Notes: generated by a model from the letters alone, not told the origin. A stretch of 64,000 nucleotides of DNA from Octopus sinensis (GCF_006345805.1 NC_043003.1:71796001-71860000); one strand, 5' to 3'; positions 1-13,745 are shown, counted from the first letter of the stretch. Program-made: numbers and translations.

Positions 1-400
1 TGCTTCTTGGTGGTACTATAGAGAATTTTGAGGATCTCATCGTGCCTCCGTATATATCTTTTCAACGCTATTGAGCAGTTAAAACTTTTCCGCATTTACA
101 TTTGTCGTCGTTCGCTATTTTCCATCTCAACAGATTGCGTGGCGATTTTTGCTGTTAAAGCCATCGATCTCCATTACATATTTAAGCACTTGAATTTCTT
201 CGATTTGATCAACAGCTGTCACCGTGCTATGTAGAAAGCCATAGATTTTCATTCACTTGTACAACTCAGTAGTGGGGGGTGCTTTTCGTTATGGCCTAGA
301 TAGTAAAGGAGCACAACATTTTTCTCAATTAAATGGCGATGGGTGTTTGGAAGAGGAGAAGATACTACCACACATCACTCGCAGATTATCTGGTAGGCTT
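1..400 (-). mobile_element. Degenerate R4/Dong-clade LINE fragment (zinc-finger/RHD region)
   Basis: Minus-strand translation across frames gives DDKCKCGK and YIRRHDEILKILY, the CCHC plus RHD motifs also seen in the 18.4-20.5 kb element. Confidence 0.6.
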
Positions 401-954
401 CTGCACATTTTCATATATTCAATTTTACTCATAATATTTGGAACAACTTAAGATAACGCGCAGCCGGATCGAAACTGAATCCGCGTGATTACGAAGCAAA
501 GCTATTAATCATACTGCCACTCCTATCTGAACAAACTTCTGTCTGCATGAATTATGATCATCTGATACAGCAATCGCTGTATCATACAAATAAATCATTT
601 ACATGCATTATCTCTATCATGTTATATAACAGACGGTGTATATATTTAATGAAGTGAGATGCCTAGAGAACTTAGGCTTTAAATATTACAATGGTCATTT
701 ATATATCTGGTGACAAACAATCCTGTCTCTAGTTCGTTCTCAATCTAAAAACTTATTGCGAACTTTATGTGCGCGCGCGATTAAGTGTGCAAGCTCTCCC
801 CACTTGCAAATACTATATATTCTTTAAGCGACACACAGTCGCTGATCTCGTATAGAGAAAAACGACTTGATTTAAATCTCTGAGCGAGAGATATGCAGTA
901 ACAGTTATGTGCCAACAGAATGTAATGTTTATATGCCAATAGAATGTGGAAGTC

Positions 955-2480
955 CTATAAAGGACGATGTTACTGTTGTTTTAGCCCCAGGAAAACATCT
1001 TTTCCAGCTGGCTTTCGACACACAGTTTGTGTCCGTATAGCATTTTCAAGGGTCGCTGCAATGGTATAGCGGAGTATATAACTCTCATGTTGCTGCTATT
1101 AAAACACCTTAAAGACATGGATTGGCGGATAATTCACCCTCAATCCCATTTGGGAGTGATGGACACCGATGTTTCCCCATTCTTGTGGCTTATCAACACC
1201 ACCTGCCCCCATAGGTTGAAGGCGAATCAGCTAGGCTAGTCAATTAGGCCTCAAAATCCCTATTACTACTAAAGTTGATTTTTTTAGATGTTTACCTAAA
1301 TTTAAACTCCCATTCATATAAGCCGTATCATAAGCCAAACGAGAAGCTCATGCATAAAAAGTCCTTTCATCCATCCCTATAGTCTTTAAAAATCTGATAG
1401 CTAACATTTGTAATACGATATCAAACATATCTTCTAAACAAATATTTGATAAGGTAGCCAACAGCGGCTTCAGAGATAAAATATATTACAACGCCTTAAG
1501 TAAAAATATGAATCGTAAAAATAGACAAAACAATGAACCTAGGAAAATAATTTGGTTCGCCCCTCATTTCACCTTTAATGTTAAGACTAACGTAGGCAAG
1601 AAATTCCTGTCGCATCATTTTAGATAAACATTTTCCAATAAATCATAAATACAAGAAAAATTTTAATAGACGCTCAATGAAAATACCATACAGGTGCTGC
1701 CTCAATATGAAGAACATTATAACTCGCAAAAATTACCAAGAGACGATTCCCAGTGGTAACTACCGAGACCATGAAACTCGCCCACTTGACCAGGCTTGTA
1801 TGATAAACTCCGTCATATTACGAGGCAGAAGTTACAGCTACGCTACAAAACAAATCATTTGAAAAGAAGAATTACATCGGGTTATACGAGGGTGAATTCA
1901 AGAGATATCCAAACCACCCATTTTCTTTCCGGCATATCGATAAAAGTAAGGAAACAAAGTTGGCTAGCCACGTATGGAATTTGAAGAGCAGCTCCACACC
2001 ACATTCAATTACGTGGAGAATAGTGAATAAACCCAAGCCATATGCTTATGGATCTAAGAAATGCAACTTGCGCGTAGTAGAAAAATGTCATATTCTTCTA
2101 CGATCCAGCAATTCCAACGCACTGCTTAATTCGAGACCTGAAATTTTTAGCAAGTATAGACACATGGACAAGTTTCTATTATCAAATTGGAGGGCTTCAC
2201 GCACTCCGGACTGAGTTGCTGTCTCGCAGACTTTGACATATTTTCTGTTACTTTGTTCTAAACCAGTTGTATTTAATGAACCTTCTGTAATCAGGGAGGA
2301 TGAGGATCTTAGTTTTCTTGATTTCATTTCTTTTTTCTCCTTCCATTTAAAGCACTGAACATCTTCACTTTTTTTTACGACGTTTTTTGCATATTTTCTT
2401 ACTATACAGTGTCCTTGTTTTGAAACTATACAACGCATAAATAGTGCCCGAAAAATTGTTTAAAGATACTTGGCGTATTT
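955..2480 (+). mobile_element. Penelope-like element, degenerate RT C-terminus plus GIY-YIG endonuclease and 3' LTR-like region
   Basis: Fragments KVDFLDVYLNLN and IIWF.P, plus ORF 1960-2214 (LASHVWNLK...ITWRIV...CNLRVVEK...LLNSRPEIFSKYRH), typical of the Penelope GIY-YIG C-terminus. Several frameshifts. Confidence 0.8.
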
Positions 2481-2654
2481 TATATATATGCCTGTTCAAG
2501 AATCATAGTAGCACGAAACTATTAGTAGGGCTTTCGTTTGTGTGTGTGTGTGCGAATGTATATATATATATATACATTCGCACACACACACACACAAACG
2601 AAAGCGCTACTAATAGTTTCGTGCTACTATGATTCTTGAACAGGCATATATATA
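2481..2654. repeat. Near-perfect 174-bp palindrome centred on (TA)8
   Basis: Left arm tatatatatgcctgttcaagaatcatagtagcacgaaactattagtagggctttcgttt(gt)n gcgaatg is the reverse complement of the right arm, apart from one substitution and one CA unit. Confidence 0.95.
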
Positions 2655-2658
2655 TATA

Positions 2659-2733
<75 letters not shown>

Positions 2734-2734
<1 letters not shown>

Positions 2735-4040
2735 CTCCTCCAAAGTACTCTTCCAAAAAACTTTATAGTGATCTCCTCGAGGAAATCACCGAAGTAGGAG
2801 ACACAAAAATTTTCCAACGGTATTCCTATCGTTAGTGTTTACACAGACACATCATTAGGATTATGATCAGGATTGGTTGTGTGAATGCGCGTGGACTAGG
2901 GTCCACTTGGAAACAAGGGTTCCTCTTAAACGACATAAAGTCACTTGAATTAGAAAGCATAGCCATAAGTGAAATCAGACTCCATAATCCATGGGCCCTA
3001 AAGTCCATGTTTGGCGGACAGTTTAACATTTATTTTTCTCCCTGTCTGCCGAGAATGGGCGGTAGTGGCACGGCGGTACTCTTTCGGATGAGTCTGGATC
3101 TCGAAGTAAACATAATATTCATAGATCCGGAGGGTAGACTGGCTGTCCTGGATGTCAACAGCAGCAATGGGTGCACTTTTCGGCTCGTATCAGTCTATGC
3201 ACCGCCTTTAACAGGCCAGCCGGATTTCTTTCGACGTCTAGAATTATTCCTAGGAACGTCTCATCCTTTACTTTTTGTGGGGGATTGGAATGCTACCTTG
3301 GACATGCATCTAGACTACGTGGACAGAGATAGGAATAGACGGGGATGCAAATGCCTCAGAGACCTACTCAGACGTTTTCAACTGTCTGACAGGTACCGAC
3401 TTGACCACCCGAATGCGTCAACGTGGACCTGGAGCAACCGCATCGGGTCGCCGAGATCGTATCTAGATAGAATACTGTGCAGGACAGTAGATAGAGATAG
3501 CAGAGAGTGTCCACAATTCCACATAGTCAGCTACACGGATCACAAACTTATGACATGTACGCTAGACTTAGATAAGACACATAGGCATAGTCCCGGTTAC
3601 TGGAAACTAAACGCGTCTTTCCCGTCGAGACAGGTTTTTAGAGACCGGATTAGCACGCTAGTAAAGATGGCTTTGACGGGAGCCATTGTCAACAACAAAT
3701 GGTGGTTTGCCTTCAAGAGGGCAATAAAAGCAGAAGCGATTAGATATAGCAAAGCACTAGCCATAAATAGAAACAGAGTAGAGGGTGACCTAGTTAAGAA
3801 GCTAGAAGAGGCAATTAGAAGTGGCATCGCATCCGACGTTTTGGCGGCGAGGTTGACCCTCAAGCAACACGTCAACGCCAAACACGAAGTATGTGTTGTC
3901 AAGGCTTGCATGCGTGTTCTAAGAAACGAAAGTGTTGGAGCCGCGCGAGAGGCCCGGTTGGCGAGGTCGCAACAGGGCAACAGAGCCACCATTCGGTCTC
4001 TGATAGATGAACAGGGCCGCGAATTACTCGAGAGGAAGCT
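2734..4040 (+). mobile_element. L1/Tx1-clade LINE fragment: end of ORF1 (stop at 2835) and ORF2 apurinic endonuclease domain (ORF 2863-4083), RT missing
   Basis: IGCVNARGL, ISE, VYAP, GDWN, SYLDRIL, TDH and the Tx1/L1-type PGYWKLN motif. The sequence switches to unrelated DNA near 4040. Confidence 0.85.
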
Positions 4041-4474
4041 GTCAAAACCTACTGAAAGAGAAGTAAGTACATCACATGCATAGTCAACAGCGAAAGATGT
4101 GATATAAAATTAGACGAAGAAATCCTGAACAGTTACTCTGAATGTTCAGCTGCTTCATGCGAACCAAGAGTGGGTGGACTGACCAAATTAAGCCGGGGCG
4201 TGGAGGAGAAATATTCTTCATGCGAGCAGAAAGCTATGCATGTGTACCTACTGTGCCAGATACAGAATAACAACAACATTGACAAGCCGCTCCTGGATTT
4301 GGAATCACATCCTATCTAGAACACTACACCTTACCTATCCGAGAGATGACTACTAAATACCTAATCAACAAAAATTTAAGGATGCCTCTATATCTCCGTG
4401 CAATGTGAGAAAATACCAACTGTGCCTTACCAGTGCGCAGGATATCCCAATAGGCTGTATATAGTTGTATGAGA

Positions 4475-4703
4475 AGGCGGCGAGCTGGCAGAAACGTTAG
4501 CACGCCGGGCGTAATACTTAGTGGTATTTCGTCTGTCTTTATGTTCTGAGTTCAAATTCCACCGAGGTCGACTTTGCCTTTCATCATTTCGGGGTCAATA
4601 AATTAAGTACCAGTTACGCACTGAGGTCGATGTAATCGACTTAATCCCTTTCTCTGTCCTTGTTTGTCCCCTCTATGTTTAGCCCCTTGTGGGTAATAAA
4701 GAA
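4475..4703 (+). mobile_element. tRNA-derived SINE family 1 (ggcggcgagctggcagaa...) with 14-bp TSD
   Basis: A/B-box-like head (gttcaaattcc) and conserved core gcctttcatc..ggggtcgataaattaagtacc. TSD atagttgtatgaga at 4461-4474 and 4704-4717. Confidence 0.9.
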
Positions 4704-5413
4704 ATAGTTGTATGAGACAAGAAGCAAAGGCTGTGTACCGTTATAGATATCAACTGCTCAGCTGATGTAGATATCTGGAGAAATTTACAGCCCTCATATC
4801 CAGCGTTTTTTTGTAGCGCGTTGATGACACTACAAAGAAAGTCTTCCCGATTAAGCGGGAATGCTCCCATTGAGTGATGCGCGTCGGTGGAAGCCATAGC
4901 GTTAAGGATATTGGGTGGTTTGCCATTGCCTACATCAACTGGATGTCCAGTGACCCACAAAGAGCTCATCCGTCCTTCGACAGATTTTATTTTTAGTCCT
5001 GCTAGGTGTCCAGACATCCTTCTCACAATAACACCAAGCTACTCAAGTAGGAGAACCGGTTTAGTCGCCGATCACTCTACCATGGAACAGGTGGTACTGA
5101 TCTACATGATGTCAGTAGCAAGTCTCATTTACGTAAAACGTTGCAACTGCTAGGTTTCTCCAGAAAAGAACAGCAAATTAATTTGCATTCTCCAATTACA
5201 ATCGACTTGAGGTACAGTTAAAATTTGTAAAACATTCCTAGGATTCTGTATCGAATGTTTCTCTAGGCTGAACGCCTGTACACGTTCACGTGTACATATA
5301 GAATACTCGCACCAAGAAATTGTAAAAAATATGCACAATTGGGTACTAAAATGACATACGCACCCACAATAAGAGTGCAAGTTTATCAAAACGCATTCAC
5401 ACACGCACGCACG

Positions 5414-5467
<54 letters not shown>

Positions 5468-5652
5468 CACATATCAACCAATTTAGATAAGCACAAAACG
5501 CAAGAGTTGTCTTGACTTAAAAGAACCTTCCAGTTTCTTAGTGACTAGCTGTGAAAAGGATGAAAAACGTTCATTCATTTCAAAGTAAACAAAAAAATAT
5601 ATCAATAATAAATCTCAGAGCGAGTTATAAACAGTAGCTACAACACATCATC

Positions 5653-5959
5653 ACGTATATTTGCCATTTAAATATGGCTAACCCCTAAGGGTGGATGCTA
5701 CTGTAGCTTGTAGCCCCAGGAGGACACCTCCTCCAGCTGGCTATAGACACACTTTCTGTGCCCTATCAGTGTTTGCAAAGGGAAACTCGAGTCCGTGTGT
5801 ATCATAAGTTGAAGACGGGAAGAATGGCTTCCCTTTGCAAACACTGATAGGGCACAGAAAGTGTGTCTATAGCCAGCTGGAGGAGGTGTTTCTTGGTGCT
5901 ACAAGCTACAGTAGCATCCACCCTTAGGGGTTAGCCATATTTAAATGGCAAATATACGT
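5653..5959. repeat. Long inverted repeat (arms about 132 bp, 44-bp spacer), related to the Penelope 5' flank
   Basis: 5653-5784 is the reverse complement of 5829-5959 with only a few mismatches and one indel. The arm is similar to 960-1050 next to the Penelope element. Confidence 0.95.
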
Positions 5960-6687
5960 CACGAAAAAATGTATCAATACATACTTAAGATTGCACAAAA
6001 AAAAACTAGTAATGAAAGCCCAATGTCGAAGCTCCACTCAAACGAAACGAGAGTCAGTGTGTATGTCAGTTAGACTTAAATAGATAACTACTGCCTGATT
6101 TTTACATTTGTATCTCTTTCGTTGTCAGATCTTTTATCAATAAATTATGTTTGATTTATCGATCAATTACGTTTGACTTAGCCTTTCATGAATACACGAA
6201 TATCACAGATATTTAACTCTTTCTCATTCAGACATTTAAAATCAATGGAAAAAAAAATTAACAAAATAAAAAGCGGCTTAAAAGCAAAACGAAACAAAAT
6301 ACGCGAAGTCTCTTCTATTCAGTAATCAGCTTGACTGTTTATTCTTGTAATTTGATACTCTAACGATCAGCTTAACGAACCCTGACACATGTCGAGAGGC
6401 ACATACATACAGGCACACCCACATACATGCATACACCAGCCAATTTCTATGCAAACATTCAAACATACATACATGTACATACACCTATAGACACATATAC
6501 AAGCGCACATGCATGGTGCACACAAACACACACACAGACATAATTCATATAAACATAAACAGACATATATACATGTATACATGTATACTCAAGTGCATAC
6601 ACACATACAAATAGATGTACGTCAGAAATCCACATACACACCCACACACATACATATATATCTATATCTATATCTATATATATATAT

Positions 6688-7250
6688 CACTCGATCCAGC
6701 AATGAATTTCGGAATCATGCCGATATCCACAGCTTTGTACGCCGTGTTAGGTTGTGTGTGCTTTTCCGCGACACTCCGCCTGCATCTAATGAGGACGATT
6801 ACTTCACCGACCTGGGCCACCGACCATCCCTGTGGACGCCAGCTCCAGGCCAGTTCCAAGCAGTCGATCTTTTTGCGGGCGCTTGCCAGCGCGCCGTGGA
6901 CCGGTTTAACTTTTCCAAGCGTCGCCGTCTTCTGAACATCTCCCCAGCCGAACTCTCGGCCCTTCGATATGACCGACGAGGCACTGACGTCATTATAAAA
7001 CCGTGGAGCCGTGGTGGTGTGGCATCCAAACCTCTACAAGGCAGAAGCCCTCCGCCAACTTCAAGAGATCTCCTTCTACTGCCCTCTGCCCTCCGACCCC
7101 ACGCCCAGCTGCCAACAGACGGTGTCCACCATCCATGACCTAATCTCCTCCTCCCGTCTACCCCCAGCGCCTCTAACCTCATTGTCCGCACCCCTCGCAC
7201 CCCCACTATTTACTTCCTCCCCAAAATCCACAATCCTAACAACCCTGGCA
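6688..7250 (+). mobile_element. Penelope-like RT N-terminal fragment (same family as 53560-55400)
   Basis: DVIIKP..GVVVWHPNLYKAEALRQL and L.FLPKIHNPNNP are homologous to 53620-53890. Confidence 0.85.
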
Positions 7251-8214
7251 TACATATATTCATACGCCCCTACATGCGCAGTCACATGCACACATTTAAA
7301 TACGCAAATATTACATAGATACATACATACATACAGAAACATACACAGATAAAACCATAAAACTGTGATCTAAAATGGGAAACTCCATGTGCCACCCGAC
7401 CGCCTACTAATTAAAACCTTCGTCAGATTATATCTTGCCATATTCCTTGAATGACACGTTTGTTAGCAGGCATCAATAACGTTGATAGGAATCTAACGGT
7501 GGACAAATCGATTGTTTTAGCTATTGTAACTCAACACCTGACTTAAACATGACTTTTTAGCTACTGTGTCAACCAACGCATGACCTAAACATTACATGTT
7601 GGCCACCGTTTCTCTACACATGATCTAAAAACATTTAAAACATGTCTGGACGAAGATTCTGCCCATCAAATATCGATTTTGTAACGTTCTAAACCGCAGC
7701 ACAGTGATATTGATTTATAACACGCATAAACATGCATTTGTACATAAAACTATTTACACACTTACATACAGACATATATATTTATATACATACATGCAAA
7801 CATACAAACATATATGTATACTTACATATATACATACATGCATACTAACATACACATGTAGATGCATAAATGCATACATACATACATGAGCCCATACGTA
7901 CATATATGCATTCATGCATATGTACACATATGTATGTACACATATACATACATACATAATTCAAGAATATTTGTGAAATACTCTCATTAAAACATCTGTT
8001 AGGTTCAGAAATAGGAGACCTGATTTATTTGTTTAGGGCAAAATGCCGTGCACAGTCATGTAGGTCCTACAGATCAGAATATTTCTTCTAAAACAGGGAA
8101 AAAAAGAATATTTCCAGACGACTGTTCCTTAAAACACTAAGCCAAACATTATTTTATGTGTCTGAAGAAATTTGTGTCAGTAAAAATATAGAGTGGAGTT
8201 GATGGGTTTCGATA

Positions 8215-8615
8215 TCATTTATCTTTTACTTGCTTCACTCACTAGATTGCGGCCACGCTGGGGCACTACCTTGAAGAATTTTAGTCGAATGAATCGAATC
8301 GACCACAGTACTTATTTATTTTTTTTTTAAGTATTGGTACTTATTCTATCAGACTGTATTTCCGAACCTCTAAGTTGCGGGGACGTAAACACATCACCAT
8401 CGGTTGTCAAGCGAGGGTGGGGGACAAACACAAGCACAAACAAATACATACAGACACACACACGAGGGCTTCTTTCAGTTTTCGTCTATCAAATCCACTC
8501 ATAAAGCATTGATCGGCCTGAGGCTATAGTAGAAGACACTAGCCCATGTGGAACCATGTGGAACCATGTGGTTGGGAAGTAAGCTTCTTACCACACAGCC
8601 ATGCCTGTGCCTATA
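8215..8615 (-). mobile_element. tRNA-derived SINE family 2 (gcaggagtggctgtgtggtaag...)
   Basis: Same head, internal microsatellite and tail as the copies at 30894-31294 and 39651-40044. Confidence 0.8.
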
Positions 8616-8879
8616 GGCCTATGTTTGTAAATCAGAGAAATATTTCAGAATTGACTGTGTATCTGAGAGGTAGAAGGATTTTTCATGTCTTTATTTTTAT
8701 GGATCATAAATATCGTCGCGTCTAATGTGGATATGGCGCTAATTTATTATTCGTAGATTTCCCGCCCAGGAAATTGACTACAGCGCTACCAACCAGTAGT
8801 TTAATCTCACAACCATCGAGCAGCAAGATTCAAATCTTTCTCTACTCGATAATATTTGGAGGAGGAGCTTCGATCTACC

Positions 8880-9117
8880 TATTTCTTTACTACCCACAAG
8901 GGGCTAAACACAAAAAGGACAAACAAGGACAGACAAACGGATTAAGTCGATTATATTATATCAGCCTCAGTGCGTAACTGGTACTTATTTAATCGACCCC
9001 GAAAGGATGTAAGGCAAAGTCGACCTCGGCGGAATTTGAACTCAGAACGTAGCGGCAGACGAAATACTGCTAAGCATTTCTCCCGGCGTGCTAACGTTTC
9101 TGCCAGCTCGCCGCCTA
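8880..9117 (-). mobile_element. SINE family 1 with about 17-bp TSD
   Basis: Reverse-complement copy of 4475-4703, flanked by aggagcttcgatctacc on both sides. Confidence 0.9.
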
Positions 9118-10401
9118 AGGAGCTTCGATCTACCTTGATAACAAAGTGTACAATGGCGGTAGCTGAGGTCTTGGGAAAATTACAGATGATGATAAAAGAG
9201 ATTTCTCTCAAATAATCTTAATTTTCTAAAGTGGAAGTTGGCATGGCCGAAAAAGTCTAACCAAGTATATCAACTTAACAATTTAGCATAAAGTACATGA
9301 CAAAATCGTACTGAAAATTTAAACTTAAAGCAAGAAAGGCGAAACTAAATAGACGCGGCGCAATGCCAATTTTTTTCTTTTGCAAAGAATCAGGGGAGTC
9401 GATTGGCTTCAATAGTAGCATGAGAAATGGAAGAAATCCGGTGTTGACTTAAGTGAAATTTGAACTCAAGACTGGGAGGTCCAACATTACATACTGTTCG
9501 GCATTTTCCACAGTTTCTTTCACGTAACGTGTTTAATTTTATCTTACAATAAAATCGACTGGTTATCAATTGATGAAACTGGAAGATAATTTACATCGGA
9601 GGGAAAAGGTATTGTTCACAATAACTTTATTATTGATTCTTAATCTCACCAATCTAAAACCTATAACAGGTGGACCTCTGCTGGATTTTTTCCGAAGTAA
9701 AAAAGACCCAGAAAAAAAAAAGAAATATCTTTTAAAAACATGAGTTTAGTAGAATGGATCAAACCCATTACAGGATTACTATTTCAGCAACTCTGAAAGG
9801 ATGAGATTTGAACATATAAGTGTAACCAGAAGTACAACGCAACCAGAGGCTTTTATCCCAATATTTTATTATGTCAGTTTGTAAATTGTCTCCCATTATT
9901 GTTTATGTTGTTGCATACCTCTAGGTTAGATCTGATCATGTAGACCTATATTCAAAGGCATTTTGATAGCAACTGTCTAATTTCATTTATCTAAGGCTTA
10001 CTTTGTTTATTAAGCAGTCGGTTGTAACAAGTGGGACATTTATCTGCCGTTTCTAGTAGATCATGCGACTACAAAGGGGATCAGTGGTTGCCTGGTACAG
10101 TATCATTGATTCCTAACTCTGGCAGATGGTAACATATTTGCAAAGAAGACATAGTTTGATCCATATGTGTTTATTTGATCGACCTCGGAGTTGTGACAGT
10201 CATACATGAAGAGGCTCGGAACCAGCGCTCAAACATAACGAAACCTAACACAATAGGGCACCACTGATTCAACATTCTGTTGTACTAGAATTGTTTTCAA
10301 CAGTCACACCTGAAAGCAATACTAGGAAGCTGAAGGTTAGATTATTTAACTTTACAGAAAAGAGAGGAAAGTGAAATAATGAAAAAATGGTAATGACTTA
10401 C

Positions 10402-10504
10402 TGAGCCTTGGAGAAAATCAAGCAACAGCGCTTTCACGTCAGTTTTATTGATTTTTAATACATAATCCTTCGAACATTTTACCGCTTCGTCTATCTGAAC
10501 CGAT
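10402..10504 (-). CDS. Tmc: TMC gene coding exon C ([34 protein letters not shown])
   Basis: ttaatag acceptor with a pyrimidine tract, TCA|gtaagt donor, 103 nt, phase 2 to 0, in phase with exon B. It ends in DFLQG(S/T), as in the TMC first extracellular loop before G.W/L.E.T.LFYG.Y. Confidence 0.8.
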
Positions 10505-10539
10505 CTATTAACGAAGAAAAACAGAGAGGTGTATATTAT

Positions 10540-10683
<144 letters not shown>

Positions 10684-10693
10684 GTATATATAT

Positions 10694-10899
10694 AACGGGA
10701 AGCTTTATGAAAATAAACAAAAGACGAAGGCAGGTGGAATACAAACAAACAATTGTATTAGTATGGCGCTCAGGAATATAAATAAAACAAGACTTTTACG
10801 TTTCGAGCCTACGCTCTTCAACAGAAAGGTACACAGAAAAGAAACACAGAAAGAAACAAGGAGAGAAAAAATGCGTGCAGAGGCTAGCGAATCAACATG

Positions 10900-10902
<3 letters not shown>
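10694..10902 (-). mobile_element. Short Penelope-LTR-like element (family A) carrying a hammerhead motif, abutting (TA)n
   Basis: Highly similar to 25178-25387 and contains the HHR motif at 10793-10828. Confidence 0.75.
10793..10828 (-). ncRNA. Minimal type I hammerhead ribozyme motif (family A)
   Basis: Minus strand: CUUU-CUGUUGA-A-GAGC-GUAG-GCUC-GAA-ACGU-A^-AAAG. Stem I CUUU/AAAG, stem II GAGC/GCUC, palindromic ACGU stem III, GUA cleavage triplet. A6 is replaced by U. Confidence 0.7.
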
Positions 10903-10949
<47 letters not shown>

Positions 10950-10979
10950 GTGTGTGTGTGTGAGTGTGTGTTTTTAGTA

Positions 10980-11590
10980 CTTTTAGACTCTTAGTCCGTT
11001 GAATTAGTTTCTGATGTCTAGTCTCAGGTGCAGTTGACGTTAGTGAACCAGACGCACTGGCGAATCTGAAAAATATGAGTAATTCAATTTCGTCTCTTTC
11101 AACATAAAGAAACAAAAGTAAAGCAGCTTCAACTGCACTTCATAGACTAGCCTGTCTCTTCAGGGCCAGCAACTACTTTAATTCACATTAACTGTTCATC
11201 CTCCATATATACTGCTCTTGGACAGTGTTTTTACTACATTAGTTGCTAAAGGCTCAGTTTGCAACTCTGTAGAGCCTCTAAATCACAGGAATGATGTGTT
11301 CTCTCTTTCTACCTATTCTACATTGAACTAACTAGCTGTAGATCATCTACAACTAAATTCACCGGTCTCATCTCTTACCAACACTCATACTGTGTTTCAC
11401 CATCAGGAGACTACTCATATGATCCTTCCTCCCCATAACGGTAATCCTCACTATCTTACAACATCAACGCCTACTCCACAGAATATCAACCCATGAAATT
11501 CGTTTCACCAAGAAGTTTCCTGTGGATGTCGCCGCATATATGTTCAAGTTGAACATAAACAACATTAATGTCACCAGTCTGTGACGATCT
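10980..11590 (+). mobile_element. Degenerate CR1/Jockey-group LINE RT 3' fragment
   Basis: Remnant peptides such as KAASTALHRLACLFRASNYF and a 3' end resembling ...FK.NINNI. Heavily decayed. Confidence 0.45.
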
Positions 11591-13139
11591 ATTATTGAAA
11601 TAGGTACTGGCCCTTCCACTACCAATCTCTGAGGTTCAGAGACTCTCCCAATGGGGTACTACTTCCTCTTCCTGAGGAAATCATAAAACGAATAAATTAG
11701 ATGTTTAATACTGGGACTTCATTCATTGTCCAGTAAAGTTATATAATAGTTTAAAGCTTATCACTAGTAATATGTGGCCTTTATACAAATTCGAAGAGAT
11801 CACGTATACAAACGCACGCACAAAACAAAGATTTAATTAATTTAGTTTCGATATAGTCATTGACCATGGTCAATATAGTGACTATATATCTCACAACGAA
11901 TTTCTTATTGAGTTTAAAAAACGTGAAGGGTGGCGATATTTTACGAAACTTAATATTATGAAAAAATACCCAAATGGAGATATGGTTAATTTGATTTCTA
12001 ACATTGGTATAAGACCTCAAATTTTGTTGATAGATGCAGCGATTATATTGATCCACAACTTAACTGGTAGTAATTATTTTATCGATCTCAGAAAGTAGAT
12101 AAATAAAATCAACCTTAGCAGGTTCTGAAATCAGTAGGTTTAATTAAATATCCTCTGCTATTTTGCGCACCTAAAGGTTAGTAAACTTGTGACAAGTATA
12201 TACAACCTTCCCCAAGCTACAGGAGCTGAATCAGCACAGCAGGCCATTGAAACGTTCGTAAGTTATGAGGTAATGTCATTGTTTACAGCGTTGATTTGCT
12301 ACAATATTGTTTTGATTTTGGCTACTAGGCAGACATGACCATTTTGGGAAATAGCCAAATTCATTTCAATCACTCTCCTATTACACCGAAAATGGAAAAA
12401 AATACATGATACATGAGATAATGTCATTCTCAATATTCATCAACATGAATTGTCAAGTCCAAGGTGCTTTGGTCATAAGTATGTTCAATGCAGTCGACCT
12501 GGGTCTAAACCACAACGTATCCAGTACTCTATTAACTAGGCTAACTTGTTTAGAATATTGCTGGAAAATAAAAACTTGAATAAGAAGACTATTCAGAACT
12601 GGACACAAGTGTGGATGTATGATTAAGAAATTTGCTTTACAATTACATGGTTTCAGGATCGCCAGTCTTTCGGCAGGTCTCTTTTACCACAGCGTCAAGT
12701 CGACCAAGTAAAATTTGATAGAAGAAAACAGTGTAAAATCCTTTCTGAGAGACTGTTCCTGTTGTTAGATAGTATACTTAATATGCTGCTCAACTAGCCA
12801 CAGGGTGTCATTATTGGTGACTACTTTATTATAAGAATTCAGGCAAGTTCTCAGATTTGAAGATTACTTTCTATCTTCCTCCTGACAGTCTCCGGAATCC
12901 TAAAACGTATCATGGTGGCAGTCATACCTCTGTCTAAGCTATTAAACAATAGACATGGAGCAGGGCCTGGTATCTTTAGCAAGTTAATGACGCCAGTTAT
13001 ATTTCCATATTATGGTATTGTATTTCTGCAAGAAATAGATTCAATTTCAGATATATAAAAGAAAAAAAATAATATCTACCCACAAGGTACATAAGCAGAT
13101 AAAAACACACACACACATAATAAACACATGCCTATACAC

Positions 13140-13337
13140 CAATTCTTTCGCACCTTGTTTATACACACATATATATATATGAACACACACACACACATAT
13201 GCATACATACATGCGCATATATATACATATTTTGTATGAAGGATTGCTTTGAGATATATGACGTATTTTTATAACTATGCGTGTGTACATAGATACATGC
13301 ATATATACATACGTATATATACACACATATATATATG

Positions 13338-13398
<61 letters not shown>

Positions 13399-13413
13399 GT
13401 ATATATGTATATA

Positions 13414-13497
<84 letters not shown>

Positions 13498-13520
13498 ATA
13501 TATATATGTATATGTATATA
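13140..13520. repeat. (TA)n/(CA)n microsatellite block
   Basis: Directly visible. Comparable blocks at 10550-10693, 24830-25177, 58660-58860, 60628-60905 and many other sites. Confidence 0.95.
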
Positions 13521-13745
13521 TCCTCATTTGCATAAAATAGTAACAGCTGTGACAACGCCAACAGTAACAACACCCAACAACATAAACGTCAATTACAACA
13601 GCTGTGACAATAATAAGCAAAGCTAGATTCAAAACAAGACCAGCAACCAGAGTTACTTTTGCAATCGAACCGATAAGGGCAACAAAACCCACAAATACAA
13701 AAGATATAACAAAAACAATAGCGTCAGATTAACAACAAACACAAA

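Noticed and set aside
13076-13626. Long ORFs of [16 protein letters not shown] and poly-N/I/L type here and across the window
   Set aside because: They are translations of di-, tri- and tetranucleotide microsatellites that lack stop codons and have no coding signal.
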